From NCBI GenBank assembly GCA_015063785.1, contig SVTM01000005.1:35841-99840 (forward strand): DNA of 64,000 nucleotides, in the 5' to 3' direction. Position numbers and translations under genes: made by a program. The notes below the pieces were generated by a model, which saw only the letters and a list, made by a program, of their open reading frames with translations, did not search any database and was not told where the DNA came from. This DNA is from Oscillospiraceae bacterium. GTDB lineage: Bacteria > Bacillota > Clostridia > Oscillospirales > CAG-382. Of this stretch, positions 1-8,235 are shown piece by piece (positions within the stretch are counted from its first letter, which is position 1; the number at the start of each line of letters is the position of its first letter).

Positions 1-426
1 TCGCCCTCGGTTTCCGGAAAATATTCATCAGCACCCGACTATTTTGACTATGCAAAAGACGCCCTTGCCGAAATGTTTTCGCTTGTCGGTTATCCCGAAT
101 TTGACGCTGACGGCATTATGACACGGGGCGTTCTCGTGCGCCACCTCGTTTTGCCCTCAAACGTCGACGAAACAAAAAAAGTTATCGACTACCTCGCGCA
201 GAATTATGACACAGAAAAGTTGTACGTCAGCCTTATGTGCCAGTATTTTCCCACCCACAAAGCCTTTGATTTTCCCGAGATCTCCCGCAGGCTTACAACA
301 CTTGAGTATCAAAAGGTACTGAAATATGCTGCGGAAAAGGGAATTGTCAACGGTTTTTGCCAGGAAAAAAGCTCGGCAAAGCAAGAATACGTTCCGCAGT
401 TTTTCAGCAAACTCGATTTTTCGTAA
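1..426 (+). CDS. PflX-like radical SAM protein (putative PFL-activating family), 5'-truncated by window edge
   Basis: Frame is open from base 1; motifs GVLVRHLVLP, SLMCQYFP and RRLTTLEY match the PflX-like C-terminus. Confidence 0.8.
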   Translation, partial: SPSVSGKYSSAPDYFDYAKDALAEMFSLVGYPEFDADGIMTRGVLVRHLVLPSNVDETKKVIDYLAQNYDTEKLYVSLMCQYFPTHKAFDFPEISRRLTTLEYQKVLKYAAEKGIVNGFCQEKSSAKQEYVPQFFSKLDFS

Positions 427-521
427 AATTGTTAAAAACATTAAATACCGATTGAAATTTTCAGGTATTTAATATATAATATATCATGTAGATTTGTTTT
501 TTCCGAAAGGATGTGGCAGGA

Positions 522-1307
522 ATGACTATCACCGGTATCTGTCTTATCGCAGTGGCGACAGTGTCGGTTTTTTTGCTGTGCGGCAATATTTTTCTTGTCC
601 TGCGTCATCTTTCTCAAAAAAAGAAGCTTGACGAAGTGCAAAAGCGCACTTCCTTGCTGCTTTCTACCGTCGCCCACGATATCAGATCTCCGCTGACCTC
701 GGTAAAAGGCTTTGCCGATGCCATGCTTGACGGAACAGTTGATGACGAGAAAAAAGAACAGTATCTCGCCGTCATATCCTCCGAAAGTGACAGACTTTCG
801 CGAATCGCCTCCCGTCTTTGCGAAAATGACGATGGCGCGCTTGACGGCGAAGTTTTCGGTATCTGCGAACAGATCAGACGCGCGTATCTTCTTGTCGAAA
901 AAAAGATTGAGGCCCGCGACCTTTCAGTGGATCTTTTGTTCGGTGATGACGAGATCTACGTTTTTGCAAACGCCGATGCCTGCTTTGAGATCGTCCTCAA
1001 TCTTTTCGAAAACGCCGCAAAATACTGTGCAGATGCAGGCAGCATCGCATGGAAGGTGGAAGACAAAGATCAAAAAGTCTTTGTGTCTGTAAAAAACAGA
1101 ACCCTTCCGCTTGACAAAAACTTCGACGTTTTTGCCCCTCGTGAAAGGGGAAAGAGTGCAACAGGCGCAGGCTTTGGCCTTGGGCTTTACATTTCAAAAA
1201 AGCTTGCCCTGCGAATGGGTACAGACATCTCTTTTCGCTCATATACGGAAGATAACGGAGAATTTTGCGAATTTTCCATTTGTCTGCCTGCAGCCGACGA
1301 GATATGA
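522..1307 (+). CDS. Orphan sensor histidine kinase (1 TM, HisKA, HATPase)
   Basis: H-box VAHDIRSPL, N-box NLFENAAKY, G2 box GFGLGL; ATG at 522 chosen over GTG at 513. Confidence 0.85.
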   Translation: MTITGICLIAVATVSVFLLCGNIFLVLRHLSQKKKLDEVQKRTSLLLSTVAHDIRSPLTSVKGFADAMLDGTVDDEKKEQYLAVISSESDRLSRIASRLCENDDGALDGEVFGICEQIRRAYLLVEKKIEARDLSVDLLFGDDEIYVFANADACFEIVLNLFENAAKYCADAGSIAWKVEDKDQKVFVSVKNRTLPLDKNFDVFAPRERGKSATGAGFGLGLYISKKLALRMGTDISFRSYTEDNGEFCEFSICLPAADEI

Positions 1308-2041
1308 GATTATTTCGCTTTTTCGGGCGTCTGTTTTTCCCCGAAATCTGCTGTATCTGCGGCGAAGTCAAGGTGCCTGTTCTTGATAAGGGAAAAATCT
1401 CATTCAACAGCGGAAAAAACATTATCGAAAGCCCTTTCTGCGAGGATTGCACCAAACGCATGGAAGAAAGCTTTTATAAAGCGCACCCCGATTTGCGTAA
1501 AACAGGAAGCCCATCAGTATATCTTTTCGGTTTTTCGGACGAAACGGTGCAGCGCTCAATCTATCACCTCAAAACTCACAACTGCGCCGCCTGCCGCAGA
1601 TTTTTTGCAAAGCTGTGCGGCGAAGTTATGAAAGATATGCTTTTGGAAATGAACGGAGAAGTTTTTCTCACGAATATTCCGAGAAGCGTTTCGCTTTTTG
1701 ACAAATACGGTTTTGATCAGTCGGAAGAAGTTCTTCGAACTTTTGTTCGCTTGGATTCTTCCTTTTCATATTGCAAACTCATCGAGCGTGACAAAAGATA
1801 TAAAGCGCCCCAAAGGATGTTGAATGCACAGGAAAGACTGATCAATGCACGCAGAAGTCTGAAGCTTGTTGACAATGCAGAAGTTCCGAAAAACATCATT
1901 GTCCTTGATGACATGATAACAACAGGCGCAACAGCAACCACAGCACGCGACCTGTTGATAAACCGCGGAGCAACTGACGTCAGATTCCTGTTTATAGCAG
2001 GAGCAGAAAATTTTAAAGAAAGGAGAAACAAGAATGAATGA
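1304..2041 (+). CDS. comFC: ComF family protein (double zinc ribbon + PRTase domain)
   Basis: FPEICCIC...FCEDC zinc ribbon, GFDQSE, LDDMITTGAT PRPP motif; ATGA overlap with the upstream stop. Confidence 0.85.
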   Translation: MRLFRFFGRLFFPEICCICGEVKVPVLDKGKISFNSGKNIIESPFCEDCTKRMEESFYKAHPDLRKTGSPSVYLFGFSDETVQRSIYHLKTHNCAACRRFFAKLCGEVMKDMLLEMNGEVFLTNIPRSVSLFDKYGFDQSEEVLRTFVRLDSSFSYCKLIERDKRYKAPQRMLNAQERLINARRSLKLVDNAEVPKNIIVLDDMITTGATATTARDLLINRGATDVRFLFIAGAENFKERRNKNE

Positions 2042-3053
2042 TATAGCCATCGACCTCGGCACGTCAACCGTCCAGGTCTACGTTAAAGGAAAGGGCGTTA
2101 TAATCGAAGAACCTTCGGTCGTTGCAGTCGACCGTGTAAGCGGAAAAGTTCTTAAGGTGGGAAAAGAAGCTGAGCAGATGCTTGGTAGAACCCCCGGCAA
2201 TATCCTTGCTGTCCGTCCTCTTTCGGGAGGAGTCATATCCGACTATGGAGCCACCCTTACGATGCTCAAATCTCTTATCAAGAGAGCCACAGGTACGGCG
2301 TTTTTTAAACCGCGCGTTATCATCAGCGTTCCCTCCAGCATTACAGAGGTTGAAGAACGCGCCCTGTGCGATGCCGCCATTTCGGCAGGCGCAAAAAAAA
2401 CCTATCTTATCGAAGGTCCGGTTGCCGCCGCAATCGGCGCAGGCGTTGACATTTCAAAGCCCGTCGGCAACCTCGTCGTTGATATCGGCGGAGGAACAAC
2501 AGACGTTGCAGTCATTTCTATGCACAACGTTGTTACCTGCGAATCGATCAAATTTGCAGGCGACGCCGTTAACGAAGCCATCATAAAATACATCCGCAGA
2601 AAATATAATATTCTCATCGGCGAGCGCACAGCAGAAGATGTTAAAATAAACATCGGATGCGCGTGGCCCTGCGAAAAAATCAGCAAGATGGAAGTAAAGG
2701 GCAGATGTCTGATTGAAGGTCTTCCAAAAATGATCGAGATATCCTCGCAAGAACTTCTTGAAGCCATCGAAGAGCCTGTCACTTCCATCGTGAACGCCGT
2801 CTGTACTGTAATCGAGCGTACACCTCCCGAGCTTGTAGGAGACATTTCTGCCTCGGGTATCGTTATGACAGGTGGCACATCACGCCTTTTCGGGCTTGAT
2901 AAGCTTGTAGAGCACGTCACCGGCATTCGCACCTTTATTGCCGAAAATCCCGAAAAATGCGTTTGTATCGGATCGGGCAGATCGCTCGACAGTCTTTCTC
3001 AAAAAGAGCCCGGCACCATCAACCTTGCTCGTCAGCTCCACGAAAGGCTCTGA
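2034..3053 (+). CDS. mreB: Rod shape-determining protein, MreB/Mbl family
   Basis: IAIDLGT, EPSVVAVD, VDIGGGTTD and MTGGTS actin-fold motifs. Confidence 0.93.
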   Translation: MNDIAIDLGTSTVQVYVKGKGVIIEEPSVVAVDRVSGKVLKVGKEAEQMLGRTPGNILAVRPLSGGVISDYGATLTMLKSLIKRATGTAFFKPRVIISVPSSITEVEERALCDAAISAGAKKTYLIEGPVAAAIGAGVDISKPVGNLVVDIGGGTTDVAVISMHNVVTCESIKFAGDAVNEAIIKYIRRKYNILIGERTAEDVKINIGCAWPCEKISKMEVKGRCLIEGLPKMIEISSQELLEAIEEPVTSIVNAVCTVIERTPPELVGDISASGIVMTGGTSRLFGLDKLVEHVTGIRTFIAENPEKCVCIGSGRSLDSLSQKEPGTINLARQLHERL

Positions 3054-3082
3054 TTTTATAGAATGTTCACAGCTTTTGCCTA

Positions 3083-3098
3083 TGTTTCACGTGAAACA
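3083..3098. promoter_or_regulatory. parS centromere site (perfect consensus)
   Basis: TGTTTCACGTGAAACA perfect palindrome, intergenic, about 7 kb from dnaA. Confidence 0.95.
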
Positions 3099-3108
3099 CA
3101 GACAAAAA

Positions 3109-3124
3109 TGTTTCATGTGAAACA
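3109..3124. promoter_or_regulatory. parS centromere site (1 mismatch)
   Basis: TGTTTCATGTGAAACA, 10 bp after the first site. Confidence 0.9.
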
Positions 3125-3170
3125 TTTTTTGCAGAATATACACACAATATACAAAACTATGGAGAATTAA

Positions 3171-4181
3171 ATGCAGGGCGGAAAAAACACTCCCGACGTA
3201 TCTGCGCTTACCGCAGGCGAGAAAAGGGTTCTGACCAACGTTTTGTCGGCCTTTTCAAACGGCAACTTTGCCCATTCATACATACTCGAAGGCGGAAGCG
3301 GGGCTTCGCGCCTGCGCTGTGCTGAAATAATTGCCTGCGCCGCAGTCTGCACCAAAATGTCCGGCAAACACGGGGCATATCCGTGCTTTGCCTGCGACCA
3401 ATGCAGAAAAATACTCGATCGGGACCATACAGATATAAAAGTGATCTCGCCCGAAAAAGAGGCGGGAAAAAGCAGAGTTGAGATCCGCGTTGACACAATT
3501 CGCACAATCAGAAAAGAGGCGTACGTGCTTCCGACAGACTGCGAATATCATATATACATCATTAACGAGAGCGAAAAGATGAACGTCAACGCACAAAACG
3601 CTCTGCTGAAAATACTCGAAGAACCACCGCAAAACACTATTTTTATTCTTCTCGCACCGTCAAAAGAGCTTCTGTTGCCCACTGTTGTGTCTCGAGTTCA
3701 GGCGCATACCCTGGGAAAAAGCAGTGTGGAAGAAACACAGGAGGTTTTTGCAACAAAATTTCCGTCACTCCCAAAAGAATCGGTCAAAAGAGCAGCGCGT
3801 TTGCAATGCGCTCTTGACAAAATAGAACTTGATGCCCCGGATATAAAAACGGTAGATACTGCTTATGCTCTTGTGAGACAGTATTTTCTCGAAAAAAACC
3901 ATCGCCTCACCGAAAGTCTACCGTCAAACAAAGACGAACTGTTCCTTACACTCTGCGTGCTTGCAATAGCAAGTCGGGATATTGCCGTTTCCAAGAAAAA
4001 CGAAAGGCAGACACTTTTCGTCTTTGATCAAGGCCCAGAATTTGATAGCGCAAAAAGCGCAGTTTCTATGCGCAGAGCCATGGAACTCTACGAAGCATTT
4101 TCTCGGGCAGCAGAAAGAATACAGGCATCTGGCAACGTCGGCTCGGTATTGGCAGAACTTTTTTCTGCCGTCAGAAAATGA
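3171..4181 (+). CDS. holB: DNA polymerase III delta' subunit
   Basis: HSYILEG, PCFACDQC zinc module, AQNALLKILEEPP, LLPTVVSR; precedes yaaT as in Firmicutes. Confidence 0.9.
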   Translation: MQGGKNTPDVSALTAGEKRVLTNVLSAFSNGNFAHSYILEGGSGASRLRCAEIIACAAVCTKMSGKHGAYPCFACDQCRKILDRDHTDIKVISPEKEAGKSRVEIRVDTIRTIRKEAYVLPTDCEYHIYIINESEKMNVNAQNALLKILEEPPQNTIFILLAPSKELLLPTVVSRVQAHTLGKSSVEETQEVFATKFPSLPKESVKRAARLQCALDKIELDAPDIKTVDTAYALVRQYFLEKNHRLTESLPSNKDELFLTLCVLAIASRDIAVSKKNERQTLFVFDQGPEFDSAKSAVSMRRAMELYEAFSRAAERIQASGNVGSVLAELFSAVRK

Positions 4182-4208
4182 CCTAACCAAGAAAGGTAAA
4201 AAACATAA

Positions 4209-5801
4209 ATGGATAAAAAAGACAGAAACACAAAGCCCGGTGACAGCGAAATTGTCACCAAAAAGGGCTTTCTGATAACACCGCCAAAGCGCACCAAAGA
4301 CAAAAAACAGGATACTATCGAAAGCAATATTAAGCCTGCCGTCACCGTCAACAAAAACTCTGAAGAAAAAAAGCAGGGCGGAAATCAGGAACAGAAAAAA
4401 CACGAAAAAAACAATCACCAAAAAGATCGCAGAAAATTCGGCAAAAAACCCCATCAATCAGCACATACTGTGGAGGAACAGGCGCAACAACCGAAGGATA
4501 ACTCTCAAAAGAACCAAAACAATCAGCAGCCTCGGCACAAGCCTTCCAAATACCGCAATGAAAAGCCAAACCACGATCAAAGGCAAGATAATCAGAACAA
4601 AAGTAAAAACGACCGCCAGCAAAATCGTAAAGATCGCGACCGAACAGGCAAACAGCCTCAGCAGAACCGCAACGATCAGCACGGCCAGAGTCAGCAGAAC
4701 AGAGAAAAGGACAGGGAAAGAGACAAGAAAAACCGCGGTGCAGGCAAGATAGATCCGTCAATTCTCAGCGATCTCGGCTTCGTGTCAAACAACTATGCAA
4801 AAAGCCGACCCGTCGAAGAATCTACCGAAACCGAGACATCCCAGCCCTTTGACTATTCCAATGCCATCCCTCTAAGAGATCAGATTTATCCTCCGAAGAA
4901 GGAGAAGAAAGATCTGACAGAAGAGGAAAAACAGGGCAAAACAGAAATAATCGGCATCCGCTTTAAGGAAGCAGGCAAGATATATTATTTCGATCCCAAC
5001 GGCGAACAGGTCGACTTTGGCACACCCGTCATTGTCGAGACTGCCCGTGGACTCGAATATGGCTATACCGCCATTGGCAACCGGTACATTCCCACCGACA
5101 CCATAGTTTCGCCACTGAAAAAGATCATCCGCATTGCAAAACGTGAGGACACCGAACGCCTCGAGGCAAACAAGCGTCTTGAAAAACAAGCAGAAAGCGT
5201 TTTCATCGAAAAGGTGGCAAAACTCGGACTCGAAATGTCACTTGTGGGTGTTGAATATACCTTTGACAATACTAAGATCCTCTTCTATTTTGCAGCAGAA
5301 AACCGCATCGACTTCCGCGAGCTTGTAAAAGAGCTTGCATCTGTCTTCCGCACAAGAATAGAGCTACGCCAGGTGGGCGTTCGAGATGAAGCAAAAATGC
5401 TCGGTGGCCTTGGCGTTTGCGGCAGACCCTTGTGCTGTAGCACATTTCTTGGCGAATTTGCCCAAGTTTCTATAAAAATGGCAAAAGACCAGAGTCTTTC
5501 GCTCAATTCTTCAAAAATCTCTGGTACCTGTGGCAGACTTCTCTGCTGTCTGCGTTATGAGGACGAGGTATATCAGCAGGAATTCGAGCGCACTCCCAAA
5601 GTAGATGCCATTGTCGAAACCGAAGAAGGTCGCGGCGTCGTTGTTGAAACCAACCCCTTAAAGGGTATCGTCCGAGTAAGACTCGATTCCAACAAAGACG
5701 CTCCGCCCCACGCTTTCCACCGCGACAAGGTGAAGATTCTCGGCTATATCAAAAAGAATGAGTCAGTCGACGCCGAGCTTAAGGCGCTTGAAAAAGAATG
5801 A
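4209..5801 (+). CDS. yaaT: RicT/YaaT (PSP1 domain) with long low-complexity N-terminal extension
   Basis: GIRFKEAGKIYYF, RIDFRELVKELA, GVCGRPLCC, SGTCGRLLCCLRYE. Confidence 0.92.
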   Translation: MDKKDRNTKPGDSEIVTKKGFLITPPKRTKDKKQDTIESNIKPAVTVNKNSEEKKQGGNQEQKKHEKNNHQKDRRKFGKKPHQSAHTVEEQAQQPKDNSQKNQNNQQPRHKPSKYRNEKPNHDQRQDNQNKSKNDRQQNRKDRDRTGKQPQQNRNDQHGQSQQNREKDRERDKKNRGAGKIDPSILSDLGFVSNNYAKSRPVEESTETETSQPFDYSNAIPLRDQIYPPKKEKKDLTEEEKQGKTEIIGIRFKEAGKIYYFDPNGEQVDFGTPVIVETARGLEYGYTAIGNRYIPTDTIVSPLKKIIRIAKREDTERLEANKRLEKQAESVFIEKVAKLGLEMSLVGVEYTFDNTKILFYFAAENRIDFRELVKELASVFRTRIELRQVGVRDEAKMLGGLGVCGRPLCCSTFLGEFAQVSIKMAKDQSLSLNSSKISGTCGRLLCCLRYEDEVYQQEFERTPKVDAIVETEEGRGVVVETNPLKGIVRVRLDSNKDAPPHAFHRDKVKILGYIKKNESVDAELKALEKE

Positions 5802-5847
5802 TCCGCTTTTTCAATTTGAAAATTTGATGAAATGTGCATCATTTTTC

Positions 5848-5876
5848 TTGACAAGAGACAGTAAAGAGTATATAAT
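5848..5876 (+). promoter_or_regulatory. SigA promoter of marR-ABC operon
   Basis: TTGACA-17bp-TATAAT perfect consensus. Confidence 0.9.
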
Positions 5877-5878
5877 AA

Positions 5879-5906
5879 TTAGCGTGCTAAATATTAGCGC
5901 GCTAAT
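5879..5906. promoter_or_regulatory. Tandem MarR operator palindromes
   Basis: TTAGCGTGCTAA (5879-5890) and ATTAGCGCGCTAAT (5893-5906) immediately after the -10 element. Confidence 0.8.
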
Positions 5907-5941
5907 TTTTTTCGCTAATTTTTTGGAAAGGAGAACGTATA

Positions 5942-6424
5942 ATGGAACAAAAGAAAAGTGCAGAAAAACTTTCAAACCACGAGCTGGTGCGCCTTTTTAT
6001 CCACACCGACAAGCTCCACAGAAATCTCATCGAACAGCGTATGTCCGATCTGAATCTGCACCGAAGCCAGCACATTATGCTTTTGTGTATATCGGCATTT
6101 GAAACCCCACCAACACAAAAGGACATTGCAAAAAAGCTTGATATATCGGCAGCTACCGTTGCCGTAACAATAAAAAAACTCGAACAGGCAGGTTTTGTAA
6201 CAAAAGCCACAAGCGACAGCGACAACCGATGCAACCGTGTGAGTATCACAGACGAGGGACGTAACATTCTTGAGCAGGCAAAGATGATATTTGAAAATGT
6301 CGACGAGAATATGCTTTCCGGTCTTACCAACGAGGAACTGTCGAACTTTGTCGAATATCTTAAAAAAATACAGGCAAATCTCAGATCCGACGGAGCCACC
6401 CTCCCACCGCACAAATGCTGTTAA
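5942..6424 (+). CDS. MarR family transcriptional regulator
   Basis: TQKDIAKKLDISAATVAVTIKKLEQAGFV winged HTH; DNRCNRVSITDEG. Confidence 0.92.
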   Translation: MEQKKSAEKLSNHELVRLFIHTDKLHRNLIEQRMSDLNLHRSQHIMLLCISAFETPPTQKDIAKKLDISAATVAVTIKKLEQAGFVTKATSDSDNRCNRVSITDEGRNILEQAKMIFENVDENMLSGLTNEELSNFVEYLKKIQANLRSDGATLPPHKCC

Positions 6425-6453
6425 CGATACAACAACGAAAGGATGATATTTTC

Positions 6454-8232
6454 TTGAAACGCTGGTTAAGCTATGTGAAGCCATATAAGCTTCAATTTAT
6501 TCTCGGACCTTTATGTATGCTCATTGAGGTCGCAGGCGAAGTTCTTATGCCGATGTTTCTCGGCATGATAATAAACGGTGCCACAGACGGCACTCTAACC
6601 TCCGCAAAATCGCTGGGAATTGCAGGCATGATGATCCTTTGTGCCATCCTGATGATGGCAGGCGGCGTGGGAGGCGCATATTTCGGAGCAAAAGCTTCTG
6701 TAAACTATGCCAACGATATCCGTCGCGATATATACAAGCAAGTACAGAAATTTTCTTTTGCCAATATTGACAAATTCTCCACAGGCTCGCTTGTTACCCG
6801 TCTGACAAACGATATTCAGCAGATACAAAACTTTGTAAACATGCTTCTGCGAATGTGTTTGCGCTCGCCGGGTATGCTGATCGGTGCCCTCATCATGGCA
6901 ATCTCTTTGCGCCCGTCGCTGTCGGTCATTTTTGCCGTCACGGTGCCTATGATGATAATCTCCATCTTCCTTGTAATCAGAGCCGCTTTTCCCCGTTTTT
7001 CTATCATGCAGAAAAAGGTCGATAAGCTCAACTCCACAGTTCAAGAAAACGTGTCTAACGTTCGCGTTGTAAAATCCTTTGTCAGAGCCGATTACGAAAC
7101 CGAAAAATTTGAAAGCGCCAACGCTGACCTCAAAAAATCCGGACTTTCCGCCATGAAGATCATGATTCTCAACGGACCCATCATGACACTCTTTATGAAT
7201 ATAACCATCGCTCTTGTCGTTTGGTTCGGTTCTCAGTTGGTTATGGGTGGGGGAGAAAATCCCATGGATGTGGGAGATCTTTCGCAGTTCCTCACCTACG
7301 TAAATCAGATCCTCATGTCGCTGATGACCCTTACATTCATGTTCATGTCCACCTCCCGTGCCATGGCAAGCGGAAAACGTATAAACGAAGTTCTTGACGA
7401 AAACATAGACATCACAGATGAAAACTGTGCAAATCCCGATGCCGTCGTCACCCGTGGCGATATCGAATTTAAGAACATCACCTTCCGCTATTTCAAACAC
7501 AGCGAAGACCCCGTACTTGAAAAAATAAATCTCAAAATTCCCGCAGGCTCAACCGTCGGCATCATCGGCTCTACGGGATGCGGAAAAACCACCCTTGTTT
7601 CGCTTATCCCACGTCTTTACGACACCGACGAGGGCGAAGTGCTTGTCGACGGAGTAAATGTGCGCGATTACAGCCTTTATAACCTGCGCGAAGGTGTGGG
7701 CATGGTGCTTCAGAAAAACATTCTTTTCTCGGGTACCATAGAGGATAATCTGCGTTGGGGCGACGAGGACGCAACAATGGAAGAAATAATCGCCGCAGCC
7801 AATGCGTCGCAGGCAGACGGCTTTGTTCGCTCGTTCAAAGATGGATATTTAACCGAGCTCGAGCAGGGCGGCGTAAATGTTTCGGGTGGTCAAAAACAGC
7901 GTCTTTGCATCGCAAGAGCTCTACTTAAAAAACCAAAAATTCTTATTCTCGATGACTCTACAAGCGCTGTCGATACTGCAACAGAAGCAAAGATCCGCGA
8001 ACAGTTTAAAACAGGTCTTCGCGATTCCACAAAGATAATCATTGCACAAAGAATTATGTCTGTTATGGACGCCGATATGATCGTCGTTATGAACGACGGC
8101 AAGATCACGGGTATCGGCACCCACGAAGAGCTTCTTGAATCAAACAACGAATACAACGAAATATACGTTTCGCAGATGGAAGGCAAGGAAGTTAAAGCCA
8201 CTTCCACAGACATTTCTGTAAAGGAGGGCTGA
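6454..8232 (+). CDS. Heterodimeric ABC exporter subunit (degenerate NBD)
   Basis: TMD plus GSTGCGKT, VSGGQKQR, degenerate LDDS and AQR; TTG start after GAAAGGA. Confidence 0.92.
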   Translation: MKRWLSYVKPYKLQFILGPLCMLIEVAGEVLMPMFLGMIINGATDGTLTSAKSLGIAGMMILCAILMMAGGVGGAYFGAKASVNYANDIRRDIYKQVQKFSFANIDKFSTGSLVTRLTNDIQQIQNFVNMLLRMCLRSPGMLIGALIMAISLRPSLSVIFAVTVPMMIISIFLVIRAAFPRFSIMQKKVDKLNSTVQENVSNVRVVKSFVRADYETEKFESANADLKKSGLSAMKIMILNGPIMTLFMNITIALVVWFGSQLVMGGGENPMDVGDLSQFLTYVNQILMSLMTLTFMFMSTSRAMASGKRINEVLDENIDITDENCANPDAVVTRGDIEFKNITFRYFKHSEDPVLEKINLKIPAGSTVGIIGSTGCGKTTLVSLIPRLYDTDEGEVLVDGVNVRDYSLYNLREGVGMVLQKNILFSGTIEDNLRWGDEDATMEEIIAAANASQADGFVRSFKDGYLTELEQGGVNVSGGQKQRLCIARALLKKPKILILDDSTSAVDTATEAKIREQFKTGLRDSTKIIIAQRIMSVMDADMIVVMNDGKITGIGTHEELLESNNEYNEIYVSQMEGKEVKATSTDISVKEG

Positions 8233-8235
8233 GAA

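Noticed and set aside
3083-3124. Mini CRISPR or REP repeat
   Set aside because: Matches the parS consensus; only two copies, 10-bp spacer, no cas genes
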